Assembly (NCBI GenBank): GCA_000002445.1
Contig: CH464491.1
Location: forward strand, 2,240,001 to 2,304,000
DNA from: Trypanosoma brucei
Taxonomy: Eukaryota
Length of the DNA stretch: 64,000 bases
Reading direction: 5' to 3'
Shown here: positions 11,601 through 21,844 of the stretch, piece by piece
Numbering within the stretch: the stretch's first letter is position 1
Layout of the letters: each line of letters starts with the position of its first letter
Notes under the pieces: model-generated
Databases searched by the model: none
Seen by the model: the letters and a program-made list of their open reading frames with translations, nothing else
Told to the model about the DNA's origin: nothing
Translations under genes and position numbers: made by a program

Positions 11601-12747
11601 TGGTCAGCTAAAAAGAACACTAGGACTTCTTTCGGCTGTGCTACCGAGGCTGCGGGATTACATCACTTCAAGGGTTGGCGAAGAGCTCTCAAGAGACAGA
11701 GAGAGCTTGTGTGTGAATGAAAAACGACGAGACACGCAAGCTGAAGAGGTCAAGCTTCTCCGCTTATCAATTGACGACACATTGCGTATAATCAATGAAG
11801 AGCAGCGGCTCAGAGTGGAAGTGGACAAGTACATTGAGTATCTCGAGAAAAAGGGTTCCATAGAGGAAGATGAAAAACGTTTGAGTGATGTTAGGTGCAC
11901 CCTTTCTGAGTTGAAAGTAAATGCTGTGCCCGCTGCAGAAGCCGTCCTCGGAAAGGATGTTGTGGAGAGGGAAAGTGTTGGCCGAATTCGTGAGCTTATT
12001 CGCGGGAAAATCAGTGCGTTGGAGTGCCTTCGTGCTCAGCAAGATGGTGTCGCCGAGGCGATGCGACAGGACATTGAGAGTCTCAAAGGTCAGCTTACTC
12101 GCGATAAGTACAAAGATATTGAAAAGCGCTACCGCACGACCTTCCTGAAGGTCCAGACTACTGAAATTGCGGTTTCGGATGTGGAAAAATATTATCGAGC
12201 GCTGGAAAAGGCAGTGCAGACCTACCACCAAGAGAAGATTGCGCAGATCAATCAAATCTTGGCTGACCTTTGGCGACACACCTACAAGGGAAGCGATATT
12301 GACACCATTGAACTCCGTTCCGAGGATGATGTCACGTCAACTACAGCGAGGCGGAGTTACAGCTATCGTGTGGTGATGAAACGGGGGAACAGTGAAATGG
12401 ACATGCGGGGCCGTTGCAGTGCGGGTCAAAAGGTACTTGCCTCTGTTCTCATCCGACTTGCGCTAAGTGAAGCCTTTTGTTGTGACTGCGGAATTCTTGC
12501 ATTAGATGAGCCGACAACGAATCTTGACGAAGATAACGCGCGTTCTCTTGCGGAGTCGCTACGCATGCTTATTGACAGTCATCGAGCAGTGAAACATTTT
12601 CAGCTTATTGTCATTACTCACGATGAGCACTTCGTCCGCGCGCTAGGAGGCCAGGCACTGGATACTTTTTATTACATTCATAAGGATAGAGAGGGCGCCT
12701 TTTCTGTGATTGAGGAGCGCACTTTCGATCAGTTGTTCGCGAGTTGA
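8698..12747 (+). CDS. RAD50: RAD50 DNA double-strand-break repair ATPase (SMC-like), 1349 aa
   Basis: The start is ATG at 8698. N-terminal Walker A is 'LGKNGAGKTTIIEAL'. A very long coiled coil carries a central zinc hook 'CPLCGRAF' (nt ~10765-10788). C-terminal signature is 'CSAGQKVLASVLIRLAL', Walker B is 'ILALDEPTTNLD', and the D-loop/H-loop is 'IVITHDEHF'. Confidence 0.93.
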   Translation: MTSIEQIEISGVRSFDPNPNNRQRIVFKKPLTVILGKNGAGKTTIIEALLNACTGQMPPGGGTEKSSFVYDPKVVGENDVKAQIRLLFTGRGGKVMQVIRSFQATRTRNKTTFATLDNIVAFQDSATGKIISSTYRANDVDRAIPDMLGVSPAVLEHVIFCHQEDGNWPLSPPKEVKKIFDDIFAATRYVLALDRLRENNKELRRQQKEHEASLMSLSEHREQARQISADITVKEETVAGIKAKTDALAPQLQELQAIATALDNVEHRAEGLSREAAVIEGRIGEKRESLSRLNVSPPGYSLGELLQRRQNFGEKLRELESTVSTKKELMERAVAELRRCEESVVSLRSGIEFREKQEQQHKRECEELKVIMSDLSMKFVIDGEINEHCLTKITEYVNEELHNEEQKRSGELNSIDAGIRAVEDRRSTTLRAMDTEGKEKEMKEEQLRHLMKRCGDAKEALGKLAPYVTPTRLKNVQDTITELEKRVEAMELLQKGDARYRQRQDILQSVEAQNKVVAQLRQELSRHKQRSGREAEMNLLRTQIAEKEEIINNRLQEELIAGLNDLGCNTGGSQTLTTVTMQIDKLRRKMADTLYSVEAEANDLDRQLIALKQNRSQLEGKIVSENIELQRKRVQCISKLGNDDALTNFEALLVEARDRYHKLNEKLSGSKALAACHAHFVEQAKVEDKCPLCGRAFGSENELNDFLASFKVGQQTSGKDSIKEGDVEKALQRVRGLEQLESDVMDVRRLADNAPQLEESLKSTIKQIRDKEILLEDVHNKRDKVKDEMQRAQKLVQAAMEVNAMTSEKQALLQQLNRREAACAEASTSSANIGGAGEPCCAGELASLSYEELSDKYESANAELHRLNVLLSEMQRGEEGGSAQALVKELTMKRSELCELKMKLTRQAEVEATIAQYAEQEEGYVSRIAEIDDQREKLVAQLESYNKELEALHAKRKELELASQQGYIGQLKRTLGLLSAVLPRLRDYITSRVGEELSRDRESLCVNEKRRDTQAEEVKLLRLSIDDTLRIINEEQRLRVEVDKYIEYLEKKGSIEEDEKRLSDVRCTLSELKVNAVPAAEAVLGKDVVERESVGRIRELIRGKISALECLRAQQDGVAEAMRQDIESLKGQLTRDKYKDIEKRYRTTFLKVQTTEIAVSDVEKYYRALEKAVQTYHQEKIAQINQILADLWRHTYKGSDIDTIELRSEDDVTSTTARRSYSYRVVMKRGNSEMDMRGRCSAGQKVLASVLIRLALSEAFCCDCGILALDEPTTNLDEDNARSLAESLRMLIDSHRAVKHFQLIVITHDEHFVRALGGQALDTFYYIHKDREGAFSVIEERTFDQLFAS

Positions 12748-13598
12748 GAGGTGTAAACCTCCTTGCTTACGACTGGATGTGGATGTGCTACCACGCGTGG
12801 TCGTGTGTTGAAAACAGAAAGATGTTTGAAGGGGGAAAAAATGAGAAATGGGCGCACTGTGGGGAGTGCGGGAAATAAAAATGGTAGTACGTGAAAGGAG
12901 GAGCACCTCAAGGTGGGCTGAGTTGTTTGTTTGTTTTTGTTTTATTGTATTTCACTCTTCAAGTTAGCCCTTTAAACATTGCTGTCTCCCTGTACGTGTA
13001 GGCCCTAACTTAGTTGCTGTGCGTCGCTTGCACACGAGTCAGAGGAGAGTAAATAAAAAGAACAGAGAAATGCTAAAAAAGCAAAAGGAAGAGGGATGAA
13101 TGGGTGACACCCGTGGTGATGGATAGTGGAGAGTTTGAAGATACTTTGTAATGCCCCATCGTTTCTTTATATACAAAAATATATAAACCTATATATCCAT
13201 CTGTACACAGAGATAAGTCTATATATATATATATATTTGTATTCATATATTCAAGATTATATACCTCAAAACTTTCTTCATCTCCCTGCGCATACATCTA
13301 CAAATACACATATATATGTATATCTATATATGCATGGGCTCATGCAAGCACATTACCTCACGTGCGTAGCACACAAATTGCGCTTATGAGGGTGGGCTCC
13401 CATGGTGGAGTGCTGCCAGAACTCCGGTTTCCTCATCGGCGCGACCCTTCTTTTTGTAGTTCCTTTTATTTAATATAAAGATGAAATATATATTTCTTCA
13501 CTGCGCATACATGTACACCTCTCCGTATATACCATACCTATCACCTTTCCTTTCTACACAATTCCACTGTTATATAAACGATTATACAAACACACGTG

Positions 13599-13624
13599 TA
13601 ATATATATATATATATATATATAT
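13599..13624. repeat. (TA)13 microsatellite
   Basis: Seen directly. A second shorter (AT)8 run lies at ~13220-13236. Confidence 0.9.
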
Positions 13625-13983
13625 GTTCACCACTTTTGTTATGTTTTTTCTTTTTTTTGTGTTTCAGAGTTTTTCGTTACACACATTTTTTTCCTGGTTT
13701 TGATGCCGGTCCTGATTCCTTCCTCCCACTCTTATAGTAAAAAAGATGAAGGGAAGGGAGTTTAAAATAAGATTTTTTTAAAAAAGACAAGCTGAGTCGG
13801 TAATGATCTGGAGGAGAGCCGTTCGTTTTTTTTTTTTCGTTTTTGTCTATAGAGATTTAAGTATAAGTAACTCTTTGAGTCCTTTAGGGGTCAACTTCCT
13901 GATTAAACTCCTTACATTTGTTCAGTCGCTGTGTCCTTCGCATCCGTGCGCATGAAAAAATTAATAAAGTGCTAATTTGCTTT

Positions 13984-14017
13984 TCTAATCCTCCCTTTTT
14001 TTTTTCTTTCTCCCCCC
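13984..14017 (+). promoter_or_regulatory. polypyrimidine tract upstream of the Aurora kinase gene
   Basis: The tract is cctcccttttttttttctttctcccccc, ~45 nt upstream of the ATG at 14058. Confidence 0.35.
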
Positions 14018-14057
14018 ACGCATGCTTTTGAAGTTTTGATTCTTTTTAGTAGAAACG

Positions 14058-14987
14058 ATGAGGTCAACTGAGGTCGGGCGTGTTGTGGAGGATTTTATTG
14101 TACTCCCTCCGACACCCAAGTCCAAGTGGAAGTTGTCTGATTTCGAGCTTTTGCACAAACTTGGCGGCGGCAATTACGGGGATGTACACCTCGCCTCCGT
14201 GAAGGATTGCAATTTTGTTTGCGCGCTGAAAAGGTTGTCCATTAAAAAACTTGCGGATTTTGACATTGCGACGCAACTCCGTCGTGAAATTGAGATCGCT
14301 TTTAACACGCGTCACAAGTACCTGCTGCGAACCTATGCATACTTCTTTGACGAAACTGATATTTATCTCATTATGGAGCCATGCAGCAACGGCATGCTTT
14401 ACACGGAACTCAACCGAGTGAAATGCTTTGCGCCACCGACAGCAGCCCGTTACGTGGCTCAGCTCGCTGAAGCCCTCCTCTACTTGCATCAACATCACAT
14501 CCTCCACCGCGACATTAAGCCGGAGAATATTTTACTAGATCACAACAATAACATCAAACTGGCGGATTTCGGTTGGTCAGTCCACGATCCGGATAACCGT
14601 CGCAAGACATCTTGCGGGACGCCAGAGTATTTTCCACCAGAAATTGTGGGACGACAAGCGTACGATACGAGTGCTGACCTTTGGTGCCTGGGCATCTTCT
14701 GTTATGAGCTTCTCGTTGGTAAAACACCGTTTGTTGGAAAGGATACAGACCAAATCTGCAAGAACATTCATTCCATGCACTTCAAAATACCGGAGAATAT
14801 ACCGTCAGAAGCGAAGGACCTCATCGCGAACTTGCTTCTGCGTGATGGGTCACGGAGGCTTGCACTTCACCGTGTCGTGAATCACCAGTTCCTTCTCAAG
14901 TATTATTATCTCCCAAACAATTTACAACCTCCCACTGGAAAGCGTCCGCGTCTCGATGCAGAGCCAACTGCAGGGAAAGAGAATTAA
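14058..14987 (+). CDS. AUK1: Aurora-family serine/threonine protein kinase, 309 aa
   Basis: The start is ATG at 14058. Kinase motifs are the Gly loop 'LGGGNYGDV', Lys 'CALKRL', catalytic loop 'HRDIKPENILLD', the Aurora-diagnostic 'ADFGWSVH' DFG motif, 'GTPEYFPPE', and subdomain IX 'DLWCLGIFCYELLVG'. The symbol is inferred from memory of the T. brucei RAD50-AUK1 neighbourhood. Confidence 0.85.
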   Translation: MRSTEVGRVVEDFIVLPPTPKSKWKLSDFELLHKLGGGNYGDVHLASVKDCNFVCALKRLSIKKLADFDIATQLRREIEIAFNTRHKYLLRTYAYFFDETDIYLIMEPCSNGMLYTELNRVKCFAPPTAARYVAQLAEALLYLHQHHILHRDIKPENILLDHNNNIKLADFGWSVHDPDNRRKTSCGTPEYFPPEIVGRQAYDTSADLWCLGIFCYELLVGKTPFVGKDTDQICKNIHSMHFKIPENIPSEAKDLIANLLLRDGSRRLALHRVVNHQFLLKYYYLPNNLQPPTGKRPRLDAEPTAGKEN

Positions 14988-16000
14988 AAATCACAACAGA
15001 AGCAAAAGTGAAGGAAGGGAGAAAAACACTTTTAGGCATTACCCCGCATGAGTTGTATTGTGCTTGTGTGTTCTCATACAAACACTCTCATAATTGATGG
15101 TGTATTTGTACTACTTGTTCACTGCTGTTTATTAGAGAGAGGAAGAATGGGGGCGGGGGAAACAACAACAACAACAACAACAGTGACAACCGAAAAGCCT
15201 TGCTTCCCTTTTGGTTTATTTCCGAGGGTAAGTCGTGTCTGTTTTTTTTTCTTTCTGTAATTTTAATCTCAAAGTTCCTTACCCAGTTTCTATTTGAATT
15301 TAATTATCACTTTTCTTTCGTTTGTTACGCTTGTTTTTCGCCACTTTGCCCGCTTGTAGGAGAGTGTCGGCTCATTTCCTTCACCTACGGAAGAAGTGAA
15401 GGGACGTGCGGTGATGATTATTGGATTCTTTGAAGCAGTAAAGGCGTGTAAATGTACACGCATGATGGAGTTGTACACCTGCTGGGCAGTGTTTTACTAG
15501 CGGCTAGTGGCAGTTTAGGATTGTGTTCGTGTTGAGTTTGTTTGTTTGTTTGTTTTTTTGCTTTTGCGCTATCATTATTATTGTTGTTGTTTTTTACGTC
15601 GCCATTACAATTGTACTGTTATATATTACCCTTCTTCTTGTTTTTGCGCTCGTTTTTCGGCTCGGTTGTTTGTACCCTTCCCATAATTTTTTAGAGGGAC
15701 AGAGGTGTGATGATGCAACTCATGACTCGTGTTGTTTGTGCTGGCAGACAAGTAAAGCGAGAATCAAAAAAAAATAATAATAAATAATAATATCGAGAGG
15801 AACCCATCAGGCACCTTGTGTGAGGCAATTTGCAAGCGAGGACCAAGAAAATAGAACCCCGCTAGAGGCGTAGATTTCGGAGAGGATTGTTCGATATAAC
15901 TCCCCCTTTTCTTCACTATTTTCTCACCCCTTCCATCATGTTGAAACCGCTTCTTCGCCAAGTCGCTAATTTCAGGCTCCTTCCTTCTTGCTGTGAATTG

Positions 16001-16071
16001 AAACACTGCTTTCCCTTTCCCTTTTCCTTTTCCTTTTCCCTTTTCCTTTTTTCTTCTTTTGCTCCCCCCTT
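16001..16071 (+). repeat. (CCTTTT)n-like pyrimidine repeat / polypyrimidine tract upstream of the ZMYND10-like gene
   Basis: The tract ttccctttcccttttccttttccttttcccttttccttttttcttcttttgctcccccc is tandem hexamer-like. Confidence 0.6.
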
Positions 16072-16202
16072 CCACTTCGCATGTAAGGGTCGCTTTTTTG
16101 TCTCTTTTTCTAAATCACCTTTTAAAAAAAATAATAAATAAATAAATTAAATCTGTAGGCCATTTTCTTGTCACAGAATACAAATTCATATACGTTTTAT
16201 AG

Positions 16203-17396
16203 ATGGAGTTCTCTGGATCTACATTATCCGTTGTGGAGGTCGAGCACACCGTTAGGCAACTGCGCCCATTTCCCCTTCAAGATATCGGAACGGCAGAGTG
16301 GAAGAATCAGCGGGAAGCCGTGGAGCGACTCAACATGTGCACTCATAGTAACGCCGTTCTGAAAAAAGACGATACAGTTAAGGCATTTCTCATAGAACAT
16401 GAAAAGCTTCCTGTGTTACTGCACGAGTTGTTGGTTATGGAAGTGTGGCGGCAGCGTGTGCTTCCATTGATAAAGGACCAAATAGTCCAGCATCCAGCTG
16501 GCATTTACATGTACGTGCAGTACGAGATGGTGTTGCTAAACCTCTTCGAGTGCATCGCATTTCACGAGGAAGTTGTGGTGGCTCTTGACGAGGATGTATT
16601 GGAGTTAATTGACTACTGTTGGCGACAGGCTTCGAGACTTTTCGCAGAGCAGAATGTCAACGAAGTGCAGAGCAAACCAACAGCCCGGGATGTTAGCAAC
16701 GCTGCGAATACGGTGGAGGAGGTCCTCAAAAGTGCGGACCGGCAGATGCTTCATGCCATTTATCAGCGTGCAATGGCTTCCCTTTCTATCCTGTGGTTTA
16801 TCATCGATCGGTTGAACCAACTTCCTCTCGCGGCGTCCAACTCGGTTCTCGTGAAGAACGATCTCATTCTTGGACTTACGGAGGTGATGTTGCTTCAGCC
16901 GTGGTTACGGCGCTCCTCAGAGGCAACACAGAAGTTTTTCAACGGTGAGTTCAAAGACATTCCGCGGGCTGATGTATTGCTTGTTTGTACGCCTGAGGCC
17001 CACACATGGTTTTCGCTCCATAAACTACTTTGTGACCCGGAGTGCCGGCGGCGGTACTCGTATACACAAAGCAAGAAGGAACTCATCCTGCGCATTCGAC
17101 ATTTTCTTAATGACACCCTCGTTGATCAAATACCAGCTCTTGCGAGCTTGCAGAGGGCGCTTGAGGAGCTTTCGTTTCTCCAACCGCCCAGCGGAACAGA
17201 AGAAAAGTTTAAAAGCACTCTTACGATTGAGCAGGTCCCACGTATCATGACGTTGGTGGAGGTGGAGAGAAAAGGGAGTTGGGACGATCTCGCGTCCACG
17301 TTACGTGCCATGCTGCAGGACCCGAGTGTTCGCAACGAGGACGCGATGAGGTTATCGAGAATATTTGACGAAATGTTTTCCGATCAGTTGAAGTAA
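16203..17396 (+). CDS. ZMYND10 (BLU)-like protein, a putative axonemal dynein assembly factor homologue, 397 aa and lacking the C-terminal MYND finger
   Basis: The start is ATG at 16203. N-terminus 'VEHTVRQLRPFPLQDIGTAEWKNQREAVERLN' aligns by eye with human ZMYND10 '[28 protein letters not shown]'. The ORF ends before any C-x2-C...H-x3-C MYND motif. Confidence 0.65.
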   Translation: MEFSGSTLSVVEVEHTVRQLRPFPLQDIGTAEWKNQREAVERLNMCTHSNAVLKKDDTVKAFLIEHEKLPVLLHELLVMEVWRQRVLPLIKDQIVQHPAGIYMYVQYEMVLLNLFECIAFHEEVVVALDEDVLELIDYCWRQASRLFAEQNVNEVQSKPTARDVSNAANTVEEVLKSADRQMLHAIYQRAMASLSILWFIIDRLNQLPLAASNSVLVKNDLILGLTEVMLLQPWLRRSSEATQKFFNGEFKDIPRADVLLVCTPEAHTWFSLHKLLCDPECRRRYSYTQSKKELILRIRHFLNDTLVDQIPALASLQRALEELSFLQPPSGTEEKFKSTLTIEQVPRIMTLVEVERKGSWDDLASTLRAMLQDPSVRNEDAMRLSRIFDEMFSDQLK

Positions 17397-17565
17397 CGAA
17401 CATCTGATATATCCACATGCGATGAAACCATCCGGGTCTGCGTGTCAAAATGGCTGAGGTAAGAAATTACAGACCTAGAAAGGAGGTACAGAGTTATAAT
17501 ATATACATATTGGGTGGATACTGAAGGATAGTGCGGCCCGTTTGTTTTACCCCATATTTTTTCAG

Positions 17566-17592
17566 CACACACACACACACACTCTCTCTCCC
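17566..17592. repeat. (CA)8(CT)5 compound microsatellite
   Basis: cacacacacacacactctctctc seen directly. Confidence 0.8.
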
Positions 17593-18113
17593 TCTTTCAT
17601 TTCTTACCTTTTCATTTTACTTAATTCTTATGGCAACGGCCACTGCTGCCTTTCCGTTGTGTGGAAAAAGTATGTCAGCATCTTTGATCTCCTGAAAGGG
17701 GAGTAGCAAGGGAGGAGTTGAATAATTGTAGACGATAGTTCACGGCACGGGTAAACGTACCGTAATAAGGACGCGCAACAAACTGTGTGTAGTTGTGTGT
17801 GTCTATCTTATAGTTTCGTGCGTGTGACGTTTTTTTTTTTAGATTCCAGTTCTTATAGAATAATAGAGCGGGGGGTTGGGCGAGGGGGTGTGCAAAAAGT
17901 TATATATATATATATATACCAGATCCTGCAGGCAGGTTCTTCGCACTGCAGCTCTGAAGTGAGAAAGCTAAGGCGGTTGGCGTAGGGGGAACTGATATAA
18001 GATATACAGTGAAAGTTGTTCTTTGAGAAAGTAAGAGGTGGACGGAGGTGAGGCGCTAGGACTAATAGTGGCGCCTGATATATTGTGCGACATTCGGTGT
18101 ATGTTAGAAGGGC

Positions 18114-20315
18114 ATGTCTGATGTTCCGGAGCTTCCGTCATTTGAGGCGGCGGACGTTGACGACCGTCCGCCACCTCCATCGATCAGTGACTACCCCATA
18201 GGCTGTGAGGTGGGTCTCGTGGATATCAACATTGCCAAGGTGGCACAGACGGAGGAGTTGTGGGAGCCTTTCATGGACCACTTCTTTACTCAAGGAAGAC
18301 GGACGGTGCGGGTGGTGAGACACCAGGGCGATTATACCTTTGTGGTAAGCGAGGAAGATTCCATGATTGTGGGTTGCACATTGTACCGTGCCTGTCTTTG
18401 TGAACCTAAGGTGCGCATCGGTAAGTACGGTGGCACCAATGCCATAGTTTTAGGGTGTGACAGCACACACTCCATTGAGAGACGCACTTCCGGTTTGTCT
18501 GTCGTGACGGATCGTGAAGGTGATGCGGTGTGGGGCCCTGACTCGCCATTTCCTGATGGCGCAGCTGCCGATGGGGCCCCGGTGCCTGAATTTACGCCCC
18601 CAAGAGAGTCTGAGATTCCTTCGGACTGCCTCGAACGTGGGGGCCCATGTGTGCAGGAGCAACCAACGAAAGGGCAGGCCACACTGGAGGAGCGACGGTA
18701 CAATTCTGCGTTAATGAAGGCCTACGATGCTAGGATGAGGAAGGATTATAGTGAAGCCGTGCGGTACTGCACCAAGGCGTTGAGGCATTGTCCCAGTGGC
18801 TGTGTGAGAGCATTAGCTAACCGTTCAGCTATGTACCTGAGCATGCGTGACCCGAAAGCGGCCCTTGCGGATGCTCTTAAGGTGATTGAGCTGATGCCCA
18901 GCAACTATGTAGGCTACGTTCGCGCGGGTAATGCCATGCGTGGATTGAAGCGGAATGGAGAGGCACGGAACTTTTACCAGGAGGCACTAAAGTTGGACCC
19001 AAACAACGAAACAATTAAGTATCTAGAAAAAGATAACGCGGTGCTGATGGTGTACGCCTCGAGGCGGCGCAGAGGGCAGCATGCCTACGTTAGTGTGGAT
19101 CGATCGACCCTTAATATCATTCTCGTATCGGGGAAGGATCAGTGTGCAGGTGACGTAGCCTGGGAAGAAATAACGTCTATTGTAGCTCCACTCGGTGAGA
19201 CTGCGGATCTTTGCGATGCATCAGCGTGTATTTGCCCCCCACACGTGTGTGGAAACTGTTACCGACCACTTACCAAAGTCGAGGATTTCTTCAACTCTCT
19301 TGTAGGTGTGGAGCTTAGTCTCTTGAATGAGCTGTACAGCGGATGCAATGCTGTAAGTTGTACTTACAGCTGTGGCACCGTGTTCTGCTCAGAGAATTGT
19401 CGTACGAAGGGTTGGGCTTCTCACCACTGGATAGAATGCCCTGTTATCGGCAAGTGGCGTGAAGCATTTAAGAATATACCTGCTGTTTACAGATCGTTCT
19501 ACGCTGATTGTGCGTCCCACATAAATATGGTGACACCTGCAAAGGAGCAGGCAAACGGCTCGACAGATGGCCGTGATGGTTCCAGCAATTATGACGGCCC
19601 GTTTGCTTCACTTGCCTTATCTGTGGAGGGTAACCTAACTCAGGCACTGATTGCGTGCTGTCGACTTGCTTGCCGTATGTTTGTGGATGCCGTTAGTCGT
19701 GGACAGGCACTGAAGGATGTGGTCCTGCCATACAATTGGTTGTTGCCAGAAGATTGTAGCTACGTTCGTGTGACTGACGAAGGGGCAGCCAATAACGTGT
19801 TCACCCTAATCGCTAACAAGATGCTTAGACCCGTTTACGTATCACTTGAGCGGTGCTTTGATAACGAAGAGGGGGAATATCTTTCATTTGAGCTCTTCCT
19901 TCGCTTTTTTGAGCGAGCCCGCTTCAACAGCATCAAGTTACGCACATCATTGTGGCCCACCGTGCAGAAGGAAGCAAGGTGCTACAAGGAGCGACCCGCA
20001 GGTTTCGGTACCACAGAAATCGTAGGAGGACGAAATGTAGGTGTCTCTCTGGACCGGCAGTTGGAACACATTCAGTCGGCCCAAGCGACCTCTGTTGCGG
20101 GTTATTACGAGTACCTTGCGCTTTTTACCGCCTTTCCGGCGGCTTTCTCTCCACAACCGACCCGAAGTAAGCGAAACTTGGAGTCGTCGCGTCACAACTT
20201 GAATTTGAGGTTGGATATCGAGTCCTCTGCGATGATTCGAGCGGATGCAATTGAATATATTGCCGAAGGCGAGCAAATGGCTGTGGATCGATTGACTACA
20301 ACATATTTTGTGTAG
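18114..20315 (+). CDS. TPR-repeat plus MYND-type zinc-finger protein, 733 aa
   Basis: The start is ATG at 18114. Three consecutive TPR-like units span aa ~215-320 (EAVRYCTKALRHCP...ALANRSAMYLSMRDPKAALADALKVIELMP...YVRAGNAMRGLKRNGEARNFYQEALKLDPNN). The second half of a MYND finger 'FCSENCRTKGWASHHWIEC' (C-x3-C-x7-H-x4-C) is preceded by CGNC...C-x4-C-x3-C. Confidence 0.6.
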   Translation: MSDVPELPSFEAADVDDRPPPPSISDYPIGCEVGLVDINIAKVAQTEELWEPFMDHFFTQGRRTVRVVRHQGDYTFVVSEEDSMIVGCTLYRACLCEPKVRIGKYGGTNAIVLGCDSTHSIERRTSGLSVVTDREGDAVWGPDSPFPDGAAADGAPVPEFTPPRESEIPSDCLERGGPCVQEQPTKGQATLEERRYNSALMKAYDARMRKDYSEAVRYCTKALRHCPSGCVRALANRSAMYLSMRDPKAALADALKVIELMPSNYVGYVRAGNAMRGLKRNGEARNFYQEALKLDPNNETIKYLEKDNAVLMVYASRRRRGQHAYVSVDRSTLNIILVSGKDQCAGDVAWEEITSIVAPLGETADLCDASACICPPHVCGNCYRPLTKVEDFFNSLVGVELSLLNELYSGCNAVSCTYSCGTVFCSENCRTKGWASHHWIECPVIGKWREAFKNIPAVYRSFYADCASHINMVTPAKEQANGSTDGRDGSSNYDGPFASLALSVEGNLTQALIACCRLACRMFVDAVSRGQALKDVVLPYNWLLPEDCSYVRVTDEGAANNVFTLIANKMLRPVYVSLERCFDNEEGEYLSFELFLRFFERARFNSIKLRTSLWPTVQKEARCYKERPAGFGTTEIVGGRNVGVSLDRQLEHIQSAQATSVAGYYEYLALFTAFPAAFSPQPTRSKRNLESSRHNLNLRLDIESSAMIRADAIEYIAEGEQMAVDRLTTTYFV

Positions 20316-21844
20316 TTGGTGAAAACAAACTGCGTTTAACTCCAGTGGGTGCCGGCACGTGCTTCGTGGGAACTTTGTTTTATGATGTGTTAAAGTTGCG
20401 GGGCGGGTTAGGAGTCATGAATGCGTGGGACGAAAAAAAAGCAACAAAGAAACTCGCGAGCACAAACAAGCATGCACAAACGCAATCAAAGACCAACAAC
20501 AAAGCGGAAGTGGCAGTGCAGAAGGCGGTGTGTGATGGCAGTTTCCCACCACCACCGCCACCACCCCCCCCCCCAAAAAAAAAGAAAAGGGAGACATTTG
20601 ATGTTTTATTGTTTTGTTTTGTTTTTTCGACCCAAGTAGCGACAACCCTAGTCATTAGCGGCACGAGTTGGAAGAGGAAAGTTAAGGTAATGCTGTCTAC
20701 TCCCGCTTCCCCGTCTGCTTTGTTATGCTTTTTGGAGAATAAAACTGTGACTGGGAAAACAAGAGGGATGGGAATACTGTTTTAGCTGGTATTGGTGCCA
20801 CTTGTAAACTTTTCTTTTCCCTTACTGGGTAGGTTCAATCGGACGGAAAATGTTTAACGTTAAGATGATCGTTTATTTGTTAACATATGCCAACGATAAA
20901 GTAAAGCGTATTATATGTTTGCGGTTGGTTGCGGTAGGAAAAGGGCTGATGCCTCGAATGGCGTGTCGTTCCTCAACGTGGAGTGTTTGGGGAGGAGGGG
21001 AAGATTCAGATGGAACGCTCCGGGCCAGTTGTTTTCTTCCGTGTTTTTCCTTTAGTTGGACATCCTTTTTCTACACCCCCATAAGTGCGAAAGGTTTTCT
21101 TTTTTGTGGTTGGCTACCCTCAACCACTTTTGTTCACATTGATTATGTTTTCTTACGCTTGGCTGTTGGATTACCCCCCTCGTTCATACCTAGGTTGGCT
21201 ACAGTGGAGGCCTTTATTTTTGTTTAATTTCTGTGAAACCTTCCCTTCCCTTACTTTCCTCCCCTGAATGTATTCTGGAAATGTTAGTGTTTTAGGACAT
21301 GGCGCCATGTTCACCTTGCGGGACCACTGGAGAAGAGGAGTGAAGGGTATGTGAAGGAAAAGGGAGTAAACAAAAAAAAGCGTGATAACGTTGATGGAAC
21401 CCAATTTCGTTTATTGTCCTCTCTTTTTGTCTTTTTTTTTTTGATCCGTGGGATATCGTCCGCTTGCCTTTTGCTCTGCCAATGGGTGACGCGGGTCTTT
21501 TTTTTTTTTTTGTGTGTGTGTGTGTGCGTGGATACTCTTTGTTTCCTCATGTAGCATGTGAATTTCCGGAGGTGAAAGGTGAGGACGGCACGTTGACTTG
21601 GATTCTATGTGATTGGGGATGATATTCCTCATTGTATTTGAGGTAGCGAGCAAATTGTACTGCGAGCACATATATATTTATGCGGCTTTCCAACTGAGGC
21701 TGATAGACCGGTTCCCACCTTTCTTTGCATAGCAATGTCTTTCTTTTCTCCATTCTCTTCTAAAGCCTTCTCACCTTTCTTTTCCGGGGACGACGCGCGA
21801 AACGGGGGCCGTTATTGAACAACAAGGTTCTCGAGTGTAAAGTT

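Noticed and set aside
8695-12279. Long minus-strand ORFs (210, 197, 170 aa) inside RAD50, and similar antisense ORFs inside other genes
   Set aside because: They are shadow ORFs of long sense-strand genes in a co-directional polycistron, and no independent support exists.
13780-13822. Possible small RNA ending in a T13 run (Pol III terminator-like) in the RAD50-kinase spacer
   Set aside because: No canonical C/D (UGAUGA...CUGA) or H/ACA boxes, and no tRNA-like A/B boxes, are recognisable. T-runs are ubiquitous polypyrimidine tracts here.
20345-20785. 146-aa ORF with a striking poly-proline/poly-lysine stretch (PPPPPPPPPPKKKK)
   Set aside because: The low-complexity stretch is simply the translation of the C11A9 homopolymer junction and flanking CCA repeats in a spacer. 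A long antisense ORF overlaps it and no other protein-like features are present.
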